Shown here: positions 29,041 to 38,151 of the stretch, one piece after another
Layout of the letters: each line of letters starts with the position of its first letter
How positions within the stretch are numbered: position 1 is the first letter of the stretch
The notes under the pieces: model-generated
Told to the model about the DNA's origin: nothing
Seen by the model: the letters and a program-made list of their open reading frames with translations, nothing else
The model's database searches: none
NCBI GenBank assembly: GCA_963796455.1
Contig: CAWCLO010000001.1
Location: 167,372 to 231,371 of the forward strand
Length of the DNA stretch: 64,000 nt
Direction of reading: 5' to 3'
DNA from: Candidatus Sulfomarinibacteraceae bacterium
GTDB taxonomy: Bacteria > Acidobacteriota > Thermoanaerobaculia > Thermoanaerobaculales > Sulfomarinibacteraceae
Position numbers and translations under genes: made by a program

Positions 29041-30666
29041 TCACTCCTCGAAACCGAAGACCTGGTGGTCGAAATGGTCCAGGTCAACAGCCCGGTAGAG
29101 GTCCTCCAACCAGGAGAAACCATATTTCATGAGGTAGGGAGTCACGTTGAAGACTCTTTCCTGCAGATGTCGGTTGGGATGGAGCGTGTTCTCCAGCTTG
29201 GTCAGCTTCCGTCCCACGATGTCATGTTTCTTTCTTGCAGCCTGGGCGACCTTGTTCTCCAGGACGTTCATTTGATGCTGGACCTTGCGCCGCACACCGT
29301 CAGCCGTTTGCCCCAGGGATCCGTCCATCGCCTCGGCTTCCCGGCAGACAGCTTCCAGATCACGTTCGAGGTTGCCCGCAGCAGCCGTCAACGCCCGCTG
29401 CAAGGGCTCCGGGATCTCCTCTGCAGCGAGGGCGTTCCTCGTCGCCGAGAGCCCCCTCCACACATCCTGAATCGACAGAGAAAAACTCTCCAGGGTCGAC
29501 CCGACATGCCGCTCCACTATGGTGAAGCCTTTTCGCGGATACACGACGGGCATGGGGATACCGAAGTCCTCATACGCCCCCCGCAGCTGCGCGAGGTAGG
29601 CGATCTCGCCCGGCCCCCCGACATAGGCGACCGTTGGAAGAATCGTGTCTTGAATGAGGGGCCGCATCAATACATTCGGGCTGAAGGCGTGAGGTGTTTT
29701 TTGGGCCATCTCGAGGAGTTCATCTTTGCTGAATCTCTGTTCCGGGTCCTTGACGCTGAATCCGTCGCCCTCGACATGAATCGGATGGCGTTCATCTTCC
29801 ACCAGAAACAGATTGAGTTTCCCCTCCTGCTGCCGCACCTGGGGTGTGTAGTTCTTTTCGATCAGCCGCTGCGAGGTCCGCAGGACACACCGGCTCGAGG
29901 GGGATTTTTCGCCGATCTCGGTCAGCAAAGGCTTCTGCGCCATGGCAATCAGATCAGGGTGACTCGGGTCGATGAGCACCAGGCCCCAGGCGCTGAAAAG
30001 ACGGGTCATCCACTTGGAGAATGCCTCGGCGAAAGTTCGCCCGGGCCGGTATGCCTCTTTCAGCAGCGACAGGATCTCCGTTTTGAATTCCGAAGGAGGA
30101 GTCATCTCCTCCAACGCACCGACACAGGCTTCGATTTCGGCCGAGAACTTCAAACCACCAACCGGCACCCTGTCCTGCGAGGAATCGTCTTCATAAGAAA
30201 TGCGCTGCAGCTGGCCCTGTTGATCCAGGAGATCGACGTGATTGACCTCGGCGAAATCGTGATCATCCGTCGCCAGCCAGAAGATCGGCACCACAGGCAC
30301 CGAGGTCCGTTGACTGAGGGTCTCCGCAAGCTTGATCGCGGTCATGGCCTTGTAGATCGTATAGAGGGGACCGGAGAACAACGCCACCTGCTGCCCGGTT
30401 ACAACAGCACAGGCATTGTCGCGGGCCAGCGCCTCGATGTTCTGCAGGGTTTGGGGGCCACAGCCGCTGTTTCGGTTCTGCTCCTTCAGAATCTCGGTCA
30501 ACTGCCCGCGATCATAATTGCGGGATGCCAACAGGCCCATCTGTCGTTCATAGGCCGCGTTCTCCCGGAAGTCGCCGTTGAAGAACTCACGAACTTCGTC
30601 ATAGGCGAATAAGTAATCGCGAACGAGCGGCGACAGCGAAGGCAGGTCGGTCAATGGGATCTGCAT
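29041..30666 (-). CDS. bshC: Bacillithiol biosynthesis cysteine-adding enzyme
   Basis: VVTGQQVALFSGPLYTIYKAMTAIKLA..VPVVPIFWLATDDHDFAEVNHV aligns with recalled B. subtilis BshC (YllA) blocks. So do FSPNVLMRPLIQDTILPTVAYVGGPGEIAYL and PVVYPRKGFTIVERHV. ATG 30666 (MQIPLTDL) is preferred over TTG 30687. Confidence 0.85.
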   Translation of the reverse strand: MQIPLTDLPSLSPLVRDYLFAYDEVREFFNGDFRENAAYERQMGLLASRNYDRGQLTEILKEQNRNSGCGPQTLQNIEALARDNACAVVTGQQVALFSGPLYTIYKAMTAIKLAETLSQRTSVPVVPIFWLATDDHDFAEVNHVDLLDQQGQLQRISYEDDSSQDRVPVGGLKFSAEIEACVGALEEMTPPSEFKTEILSLLKEAYRPGRTFAEAFSKWMTRLFSAWGLVLIDPSHPDLIAMAQKPLLTEIGEKSPSSRCVLRTSQRLIEKNYTPQVRQQEGKLNLFLVEDERHPIHVEGDGFSVKDPEQRFSKDELLEMAQKTPHAFSPNVLMRPLIQDTILPTVAYVGGPGEIAYLAQLRGAYEDFGIPMPVVYPRKGFTIVERHVGSTLESFSLSIQDVWRGLSATRNALAAEEIPEPLQRALTAAAGNLERDLEAVCREAEAMDGSLGQTADGVRRKVQHQMNVLENKVAQAARKKHDIVGRKLTKLENTLHPNRHLQERVFNVTPYLMKYGFSWLEDLYRAVDLDHFDHQVFGFEE

Positions 30667-30696
30667 AAAAAACCGTTCAACTACCAATCGGCCCCG

Positions 30697-30843
30697 TCAT
30701 TCGAAAGCTTTCATGAAGGCGTAGAAGAGGGCGATCAATACAACCAGGTTCACCAGCACGAGAACGTACAGGCTCCTCCACGAGGAGACGAACGGGGGCT
30801 TGCCCTCATCTCCCCTCTCGATGTCGTGTTCCTCAGTCTGCAT
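30697..30843 (-). CDS. Small single-pass membrane protein (48 aa), below the ORF-track length cutoff
   Basis: My translation is MQTEEHDIERGDEGKPPFVSSWRSLYVLVLVNLVVLIALFYAFMKAFE. The ATG overlaps the stop of the upstream PIG-L gene (ATGCAGACTGA). It lies between that gene and bshC on the same strand. Confidence 0.45.
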   Translation of the reverse strand: MQTEEHDIERGDEGKPPFVSSWRSLYVLVLVNLVVLIALFYAFMKAFE

Positions 30844-33310
30844 TTGTTTGTCCCGAAGAAATCATATTCGCGAAGAGCCGGTAGGCTCCCGGCACTCCCG
30901 CCGGCAGTTGGCGGAACCAGGAAATCCCGGAGTAGATGAAAACACCTTCACCATAACGCGCGAACAACAGACCTCCGGCGGTGTCCGCTTCCTGGCCGTC
31001 GTGAGCCGCCAGGACCGTTTCGTATCCGTCGTCCCACGAGGTGGCGTGATACAGGCTTCGCTCCTGCACCCAGTTGTCAAAATCCTCCTGAGTGATCCTG
31101 TTGGGATCATTCAAGAGCACATGGTCAGGGGCGAGGATCGTGACCGGCGCATCCTCCTCGGTCACGCGGTCGCGGCCAATGGTGAATGGATAGGGCCCGA
31201 TGTCCTCGGTCACCAATCCGCGGGACACGTTGTACTGGACGATCAGCGTCCCCCCATCTTCAACATACTGAAGCATTCGAGGCTGTACGATCGCCAGCCG
31301 TTGCCGCGTGTTGTAGGCCCTGATGCCCGCGACGATGGCGTCGAAACGACCGAGGTCTCCGCTCTCCAACTCCTCGTCGCTCAACAGCGTGACGTCGTAT
31401 CCCAGATGGCGGAGACAATCGGCCACCTCGTCACCCGAACCCATGAGGTAGCCGATCGTCTGGCCTCGCCGCTCGACATCGAGCTTGACCACCTTGAGGG
31501 TGCTTTCGGGGAAGTACACCAGGCGTTTGATGTGGGGATGCGAGATCGTCACCAGTGAACGGGAGAAAACCGTCCCCCCGACATTGGCCTCGGCCACAAA
31601 ATGGGCGTCTCCGGCATCCTCCGGTGGCGTCACCTGGAAAGAGAATTCGGCCTCGTCATACTTTTCAAGCAATGAAAACGGAATGCTCACCGGAGAGACC
31701 CGCCAATTCGAATCTCCCGACAAACGAAGCGTGCCATCCACCCCCGCCGAATTCGCCTTCACCCTGACCCGGATTTGCTGGGGGTCGTTGTCGGTAAACA
31801 CCCTGACGCCATCTTCGATATCCACCGTGATTTTCGGGCGAACCTCGAACAAACGGTAGGACTCGCCATCAACCCGATCCGTCCAGCGGTAGAGCACCGG
31901 AGCGAGGAAATCGAGGTCCTCTCCCTGATGGTTCAAGGTAATCTTCGCCTGCAACGAAGGAGCATTCTCCGCCGCACCGATGAGTGATTGATCGGACACC
32001 GAGAAAAGCGCCTTCTCCGGTCTGCTTCTCAGCCAATAAGGCTGAGATGTGGGAAATCCAAGTGGAATCCGTATCGAGTGTTCGGCCGTGTGCGGTGCAT
32101 TGTTCTCGAGCAGCACGTCCGTGGCGCTGAAGGCCTCGAGATCCTCAAACGAGATGCTCTTCAGTCTGAAAGCAAAGTCCGAACGGTTGACCAGCGTCGT
32201 GTTGACCGTGACCGAGTCACCGGGGGCTGCGGCAAAATCAGTCGATATGGCCTCGATCCACAACCCCGCACACGCCTGGATGAGTCCGAGCAGTTCCTTT
32301 TGTTTGACCTCGACCCAACTCGAGGGTTCGAGCTTTCTCGTCAGGGAATAGGCTTCGAGAAGTTTGGGCAGTGATCGCGCCGGGTCTCGGAGATCGTAGA
32401 GCTCGTTGATCTCAGCCAGCTTTGCTCCAAGGCTCTCCCCACCCGGCACACGCGACCAGGAGGTATCGATACCCGACAGGAGTTCTTTTCCCGCAGGCGA
32501 GCCTTCCATAAGCTTGAAAAACTCGTATCGGGTCCCCCTCCGGCCGGCTGCACCGAAGCCCTGGCTCTTGTGCATCGAACGGCTGCCGGCGGCAATCTCC
32601 GCGTACGAGGCGCCCAACAGGGGATCAAATTCGCCGACGTCCACCCTGACCGCCTGCGCTTGATCCTGCTCATTCAACCGCCAACCGTTCCAGAACAACC
32701 TCGTGGCCTGCCACACTTCGACCCGGTCAAGTTGTTCCGGAAACCTCTGCGGGTCGCCCGCCGCATGGAATGCTTCACGGGCGAGCCGTGCCGAGGATGT
32801 ATGGTGACCGTGTCCGCCCGACCTGTCGACCGGGAAACGGGTGACGATCACGTCGGGACGAAACGAACGGATGACCCAGACCACGTCGGCCAGAACGGCC
32901 TCTTTCCCCCAGAACGCCAGGCTCTCTTCGGGCGATTTGGAGTATCCGAAGTCGATCGCCCGTGTGAAGTACTGCTCCGCGCCGTCGACCGCACGAGCGG
33001 CCAACAGCTCCTGAGTACGGATCATCCCGATCTCCGCGCCCCTCTCCGAGCCGATCAGATTCTGGCCGCCGTCACCCCGGGTGAGCGACAGGTAGGCGCT
33101 TCGCAACTTCTCACCTTTGGAGAAATAGGTCAGCGCCGCTGTGTTCTCGTCATCCGGATGGGCGGCGATATAGAGAACGCTTCCCAAAACTTCGAGTTTT
33201 TCCAGACCGAGCTGGATCTCGGCAGCATTGGGCATCTGGATCCGCTGCGCCTCAGCCGGCGCGGTCAACGCCAGCCCTCCCAACAGGAGAATGCAAGAAC
33301 ACCTGTCCAT
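30833..33310 (-). CDS. Large secreted PIG-L/LmbE-family deacetylase with a C-terminal ThuA/glutamine-amidotransferase-like region
   Basis: GGGAGAG precedes ATG 33310. Signal peptide is CSCILLLGGLALTAPAEAQ. Motifs are LYIAAHPDDENTAAL, LTRGDGGQN and HGHH. Confidence 0.8.
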   Translation of the reverse strand: MDRCSCILLLGGLALTAPAEAQRIQMPNAAEIQLGLEKLEVLGSVLYIAAHPDDENTAALTYFSKGEKLRSAYLSLTRGDGGQNLIGSERGAEIGMIRTQELLAARAVDGAEQYFTRAIDFGYSKSPEESLAFWGKEAVLADVVWVIRSFRPDVIVTRFPVDRSGGHGHHTSSARLAREAFHAAGDPQRFPEQLDRVEVWQATRLFWNGWRLNEQDQAQAVRVDVGEFDPLLGASYAEIAAGSRSMHKSQGFGAAGRRGTRYEFFKLMEGSPAGKELLSGIDTSWSRVPGGESLGAKLAEINELYDLRDPARSLPKLLEAYSLTRKLEPSSWVEVKQKELLGLIQACAGLWIEAISTDFAAAPGDSVTVNTTLVNRSDFAFRLKSISFEDLEAFSATDVLLENNAPHTAEHSIRIPLGFPTSQPYWLRSRPEKALFSVSDQSLIGAAENAPSLQAKITLNHQGEDLDFLAPVLYRWTDRVDGESYRLFEVRPKITVDIEDGVRVFTDNDPQQIRVRVKANSAGVDGTLRLSGDSNWRVSPVSIPFSLLEKYDEAEFSFQVTPPEDAGDAHFVAEANVGGTVFSRSLVTISHPHIKRLVYFPESTLKVVKLDVERRGQTIGYLMGSGDEVADCLRHLGYDVTLLSDEELESGDLGRFDAIVAGIRAYNTRQRLAIVQPRMLQYVEDGGTLIVQYNVSRGLVTEDIGPYPFTIGRDRVTEEDAPVTILAPDHVLLNDPNRITQEDFDNWVQERSLYHATSWDDGYETVLAAHDGQEADTAGGLLFARYGEGVFIYSGISWFRQLPAGVPGAYRLFANMISSGQTNAD

Positions 33311-33459
33311 TCGTCTCTCCCAGTCTGATGCAGCCACAACGGAAGACGCTCCCCGGCATAACGGGTTTCCATCGAGAACCCGAGATCCACCCCTACGCCA
33401 GGTAGCCGCCCGACCGCGTGCGGCGGGTTTCGCAACTCTTCAGATCGGAACGGTGTCCC

Positions 33460-34041
33460 TTACTCCGCCACGGAGATCGTGAACGGAACTTTCAGCTTCT
33501 CCCACTGAAGAAAGGCGACCGCCGATGTGCCGGCCAGGTCGTCGAATCCAAAACGCAACCACTCCTCGAATGACGCCGCGACGGGTTTCACCATCAGACG
33601 GAGAGCATCTTCGGCCTCGTCGTAGGCATAACTTCCCCATCCTTCGTTGACCTTGTTGAAAATGACAGTCCATTCATTTTCGGAAGGAATCATGTGAACG
33701 CCGTACTTGCCTGCCGGAAGTGCTTTCCCGTTGACCATGACGTCCCCGCTGACCTCGATCGTCGTCATTTCGTTGGCGCCGGCTCTCCAGGGAAAGGGCT
33801 TTTCTTTGGAGTACTTGTTGCCCGGATTCAGCCCGTAGGGTACGAGTTCGCCCCAGATCTTTCTCCCCTTCACGCCCGGCCGGCTGAAGTCGAAGGTGAC
33901 CACTGTCTCGATTCCAATTGTCTGCGATACGCTCGCATGCAAGCTTGCGCGGACCTTTTTATCCTGAGCGAATGCGGTATCTGACATCGCAAATCCAACC
34001 GCCAGAACGACCACAAGACCAAGAACCAAATTCTTTTTCAT
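33460..34041 (-). CDS. DUF2911 domain-containing secreted protein
   Basis: Signal peptide present. The blocks SVSQTIGIETVVTFDFSRPGVKGRKIWGELVPYG, WRAGANEMTTIE and GKALPAGKYGVHMIP match the DUF2911 pattern as I recall it. Confidence 0.8.
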   Translation of the reverse strand: MKKNLVLGLVVVLAVGFAMSDTAFAQDKKVRASLHASVSQTIGIETVVTFDFSRPGVKGRKIWGELVPYGLNPGNKYSKEKPFPWRAGANEMTTIEVSGDVMVNGKALPAGKYGVHMIPSENEWTVIFNKVNEGWGSYAYDEAEDALRLMVKPVAASFEEWLRFGFDDLAGTSAVAFLQWEKLKVPFTISVAE

Positions 34042-34235
34042 GGCTTCTCCTTTTTCAAACGATATTTTTTCTCATTTGCGCAGGTGAGCCTAACACAGGA
34101 ATGATCCGGCAAGCCAACGCTCCGGCCGCTCTCAGTCCCTTTTGCGCACGCTCGCCTCCGAGCACCAGAAACCTTGCCCGCAGCGGACACCCGGAAAGAA
34201 ATGCCGTTCGAGGCTCAGGTCAAGAACCCTCTGAC

Positions 34236-35537
34236 TCAGGGAACGGTGCTCGACCAATCGGCTGTGTCGCCTGATTCGAAGCTGTCCAAGAAAATACTGC
34301 CCGCGGGCGCCGGGAAATATTGCGCCGTCAAACTCGCATAAACCGACGCCTCCCCCGTTCCATCCGTTTCCAGGAAATTTTCGGTCACGGCATAGAACGT
34401 ATGGCTTCCAGGGCCCACGTTGTAGACCCGCGAGTGAGAAAACGGGCGAAGATTGAGATCGCCGTCGATCGCCTCCACAGCCACGTTCCCGTCGTTGACC
34501 AACCAATCCTGAACCTTGCTTGCGGCATGAATAATCAGATCCCCGGCAGATGACACGCTCATGCCGTCGTAGCTGAGCACCACCCGACCGACAAACGGCG
34601 CGACCAGGGTGACCTGGCCCATCGTCACCGGGGCTCCGCGGACGGTGATCGACGATTCATCGATCCCCTGATGGACCGGATAGGGCCTGCCGGGTGTGTC
34701 CGGGAAATACTCCACGGTCAAGCTTCCATAAATCGACACGAAACCACTTCCATCAGTCTCGACAAAATTTTCAGCGACGGCATAGAAGTCGTACACTCCG
34801 GAAAGAACCTCGTAAACCCTGGTGTGCGAAAACGAGTTTTCGTTGACATCTGCATTGACAGCCTCCACCACCGTGGTGCCGTCATTCACCCCCCAGTCGG
34901 CGATATTGCTCGCCGCCAACACGACGGTATCTCCAGGGCTGGAGAAACACGAACCATCAAAGCGAACGACCACCATGCCGGCCGCCGGAGGATTCAAGCT
35001 GATCTGGCCGACGGTCACTACGGCGCCACGGACATTCAAATTATCCTCGACGATTCCCACATGTTGCACCGTCGCTCCACCCGCAGTGTTGGAATAGAAC
35101 TTGACGGTCAAGTTGCCATAGATGGAGGCCACCCCACTGCCGTCTTTTTCCAGGAAGTTTTCGGCAACCGCATAGAAGGTGTGATTTCCGGCGGCCACGG
35201 GATAGGCCCGGGTGTGCGAAAAGGAGCTGTTGACCACATCACTGTTCGCGGCTTCAACTCCAACATTGCCGTCGTTTGTACTCCAATCGTCCGTGTCGCT
35301 CGCTGCCAATACGATCAGGTCCCCAACCTCCGATTCACAATCGCCGTCGAATCGAACAATCACGACACCAGCGGCGGGTATGTCCACGTTGACCTGGCCA
35401 AGCGCTACCGGAGCGCCTCTGAGATTGACGGATGTTTGCGAAATGCCCTGGCTCCACACCAGGGTTTGCGCCTCACAAATCTGTGCCCCGCCGAACAAAA
35501 AGAAAACGAGACCGATCGACAACAAAGATCTCTTCAT
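34236..35537 (-). CDS. Secreted protein made of three tandem repeats of about 130 aa plus a FLDSFESGDTADWSSTVP tail
   Basis: Start is MKRSLLSIGLVFFLFGGAQICEAQ. The repeats share VRGAPV..GQV, VVRFDG, D.VLAAS, DW..NDG, VEA, FSHTR.Y, FYAV.ENF.E.DG.G and S.YG.LTV.YF. Confidence 0.7.
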   Translation of the reverse strand: MKRSLLSIGLVFFLFGGAQICEAQTLVWSQGISQTSVNLRGAPVALGQVNVDIPAAGVVIVRFDGDCESEVGDLIVLAASDTDDWSTNDGNVGVEAANSDVVNSSFSHTRAYPVAAGNHTFYAVAENFLEKDGSGVASIYGNLTVKFYSNTAGGATVQHVGIVEDNLNVRGAVVTVGQISLNPPAAGMVVVRFDGSCFSSPGDTVVLAASNIADWGVNDGTTVVEAVNADVNENSFSHTRVYEVLSGVYDFYAVAENFVETDGSGFVSIYGSLTVEYFPDTPGRPYPVHQGIDESSITVRGAPVTMGQVTLVAPFVGRVVLSYDGMSVSSAGDLIIHAASKVQDWLVNDGNVAVEAIDGDLNLRPFSHSRVYNVGPGSHTFYAVTENFLETDGTGEASVYASLTAQYFPAPAGSIFLDSFESGDTADWSSTVP

Positions 35538-35921
35538 CGTGGCTCTCCCCTGTTGAGTTGGTCCGTTTGATGCGCCTCCGATGAGCCGCCCAGGGACCCG
35601 GACTTTCCGAAAATGGAGTCTTTCAATGAACAAAATAATCGTATCAACAAAATTTCATATTTCACCTTCTGTTCCTCAAATTGAGATCTCAGATGAGTCT
35701 CATTGCCGGTTCACATGAGACCGAATGACAATCAGAGACACCAAAACCCGGGTCATCGGCGTCTCCGGCTCAAGGCGGACCGACGGACGAATGCACTCAC
35801 ACGATCCGGCACCTCAACAAACCCCTGTTCGAGAACTCCGACTCGAGGCATGCATTCTCTGCGGCAGCTGTTCAAGTACAATTCTGGAGGTACGAATCAT
35901 CCAAAAACCGGGGGGTCCGAG

Positions 35922-37364
35922 ATGTTTCGATCGAAACGAATCGATGCCGCTGTGTGTGCCATCGTCATGGTGGCCTGTATTCCCGCCTCCCCTGTCCTGG
36001 CCGGGCAGGACGGGGCGCTGCTGTTCGTGGTCGACGCATCGGGCTCGATGTGGGGCCAGATCGACGGCGAAAACAAGATCGTCATCGCACGAAAGGTCCT
36101 CGGAGATGTGGTCGACGGATTGGCCGACGGCACCTTGGTCGGAATGATCGCCTACGGCCACCGCCGGGAGGGCGACTGCGACGACATCGAAACCATTCTC
36201 GCCATGGGCCCGCTGAATCGAGGCCTCATCAAGCAAACCGTCGGCGATCTCAATCCGAAGGGGAAGACGCCGATCACGAAGTCACTGCAGCAGGCGTTTG
36301 ATTCCCTTTCGGAATCCGGCCGCGCGGCGACCGTGATCCTGATCAGCGACGGTCTCGAGACCTGCGGCGGAGACCCCTGCGCCGCGGTTCGCGCCGTCCG
36401 GGAGCGCGGCGTCGAGTTCATCCTCCATGTGGTCGGGTTTGATGTGGCCGGCGAAGATGTGTCGCAGCTCGAGTGTGCGGCCCAGGCCGGTGGCGGTCTG
36501 TTCTTCTCGGCAGAGAACGCACAGGACCTGGCGGCCGCTCTCGAACATGCGGTCGCCACCCCGGCAGAGGTGCCGGCGGGCCGATTGTCGGTCAAGGTCA
36601 TCGCCGACGGTGCGCTGCAGGACGCCGCGATTCTGGTCAGGGCTGCAGCCTCGGGGGAGGACATGGGAGGCGGCCGCAGCTACGCCCACGAGGGGACCAA
36701 CCCGCGGCTGATTCCCCTGCCCGACGGGAAGTACGAGGTCAAGGTCCAGGCGGTCGGTATCAAGGGTGACATCATCCGGCGCTTCGTTGTGGACATCATG
36801 GATGGCGGTCTGGTCGAGAAGGAGGTCGACTATTCGACCGGTGAGCTGTCGATCGGGGTCACCCGCAACTCCGAACTTTCCGACGCGATTTATCGGGTCC
36901 TTGTTCCCGAAACCGGCGAGGAGGCCGCCGCCGGTCGGACCTACGCCGCCGCTGGGTCGAACCCGAAAAAGGTTCACCTGACCTCGGGCACCTACCAGGT
37001 GGTGCTGAGATCCGTGGAAATCTCGGGCGATGTGAGGCAGGATCTTGGGCTGGTTGATGTCGAGCCCGGCGAACTGACGGAAATCGCCTTCGATTTTCGA
37101 ACCGGGACCCTCAAGGTGGGGGCCGTTCGTGGCGCTGAACTGGTGGACGCCACCATGTACATCCGCGATGTCGCGACCGGGAGGAGCGTCGGCCAGGGAC
37201 GCACCTCCACCGATCCGAAATCGAACCCGAAGACTTTCATCCTGCCCGCGGGTGACTACCGTCTGGATATCCGTGAGATCAAGGGAGCACGGCGAGAGGT
37301 CGTCGTTTCAGTCGTCGTCGGTGAAGAAACGGTCCACATGATCGATATGACCGGAGGCGGCTGA
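35922..37364 (+). CDS. von Willebrand factor A domain protein, secreted, with three C-terminal repeats of about 90 aa
   Basis: Signal peptide present. LLFVVDASGSMWGQ is the MIDAS DxSxS motif, with ILISDGLETCGGDP later. The repeats are marked by NP[RK]..[IL]..G.Y.V. Confidence 0.8.
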   Translation: MFRSKRIDAAVCAIVMVACIPASPVLAGQDGALLFVVDASGSMWGQIDGENKIVIARKVLGDVVDGLADGTLVGMIAYGHRREGDCDDIETILAMGPLNRGLIKQTVGDLNPKGKTPITKSLQQAFDSLSESGRAATVILISDGLETCGGDPCAAVRAVRERGVEFILHVVGFDVAGEDVSQLECAAQAGGGLFFSAENAQDLAAALEHAVATPAEVPAGRLSVKVIADGALQDAAILVRAAASGEDMGGGRSYAHEGTNPRLIPLPDGKYEVKVQAVGIKGDIIRRFVVDIMDGGLVEKEVDYSTGELSIGVTRNSELSDAIYRVLVPETGEEAAAGRTYAAAGSNPKKVHLTSGTYQVVLRSVEISGDVRQDLGLVDVEPGELTEIAFDFRTGTLKVGAVRGAELVDATMYIRDVATGRSVGQGRTSTDPKSNPKTFILPAGDYRLDIREIKGARREVVVSVVVGEETVHMIDMTGGG

Positions 37365-38069
37365 TCACTTCACCGGGAAGTCGAAATAGGTCTCCGGGAA
37401 GGGCTCACCGGCAAGGGTGAAGTGCCACCACTCGTATTCGTAGGGCTTGAAGCCGTACCTCTGCATGATGCTCGCAAGGAGGAGTCGATTGGCGCGGACC
37501 GCCGAGGGCTGGGCGTCATCGGTCGGCCACGACCGTGTCGAGAAAAAATCGAAAGCGGTCCCCATCGGCACATCTGATTCGTAGGGCAGATAAACGAGAG
37601 TGAGGTCAACGGTCGAACCACGCGAGTGGCCGGAGCGCGCGGCGATATATCCCTTGGCAAAGAGTTCCGACTTGTCGATCTCCGGATAGAACTCAACCTT
37701 CATTTTCGTGTCGGCCTCGTCTTTCGCCCAACGGACAAAATCGGCGACTGCGCGTGCCGGCCGGTAGCAGTCGAACACCTTGAGACCCAGGCCGTAGTCT
37801 GCAAGTTTCGCCTGCACCTCGGCGAGCGCATCGGCCGCCTGCAGGGTCAGGATGCAGACGGGTGCCTCGTAACCATCGATCGGCCGGCCGATGAAATTGG
37901 AGGAACCTGCATAGCGCATATCGACAACGAGCCCGTCGACCACGCTGGAAGCGTCGACGAATTCCGGAGGCATTGCATCCCCGGCGCAAGCCACGCCCAC
38001 GGTCCCCGCTGCGACCAGGAGAATTGACGCGATCAAGGCTCGAAGCGGCGCACGTAAAAAAGACTCCAC
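37365..38069 (-). CDS. M15D D-alanyl-D-alanine dipeptidase (VanX/DdpX-like)
   Basis: Motifs are DMRYAGSSNFIGRPIDGY, KVFDCYRP, SGHSRGSTVDLTL and EWWHFTL. GTG 38069 follows AAGGTGGGG and gives a signal/lipobox-like N-terminus. Confidence 0.85.
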   Translation of the reverse strand: MESFLRAPLRALIASILLVAAGTVGVACAGDAMPPEFVDASSVVDGLVVDMRYAGSSNFIGRPIDGYEAPVCILTLQAADALAEVQAKLADYGLGLKVFDCYRPARAVADFVRWAKDEADTKMKVEFYPEIDKSELFAKGYIAARSGHSRGSTVDLTLVYLPYESDVPMGTAFDFFSTRSWPTDDAQPSAVRANRLLLASIMQRYGFKPYEYEWWHFTLAGEPFPETYFDFPVK

Positions 38070-38151
38070 AATCCCCACCTTCGCCGCGAGCGTAACACGG
38101 GGGTTGGAGGCGGTAGCCGGACAGCCCGCCAGAGGCGTACAATTCCCGATC

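Noticed and set aside
28951-30612. 553-aa plus-strand ORF
   Set aside because: It is antisense to bshC, which aligns block by block with B. subtilis BshC as I recall it.
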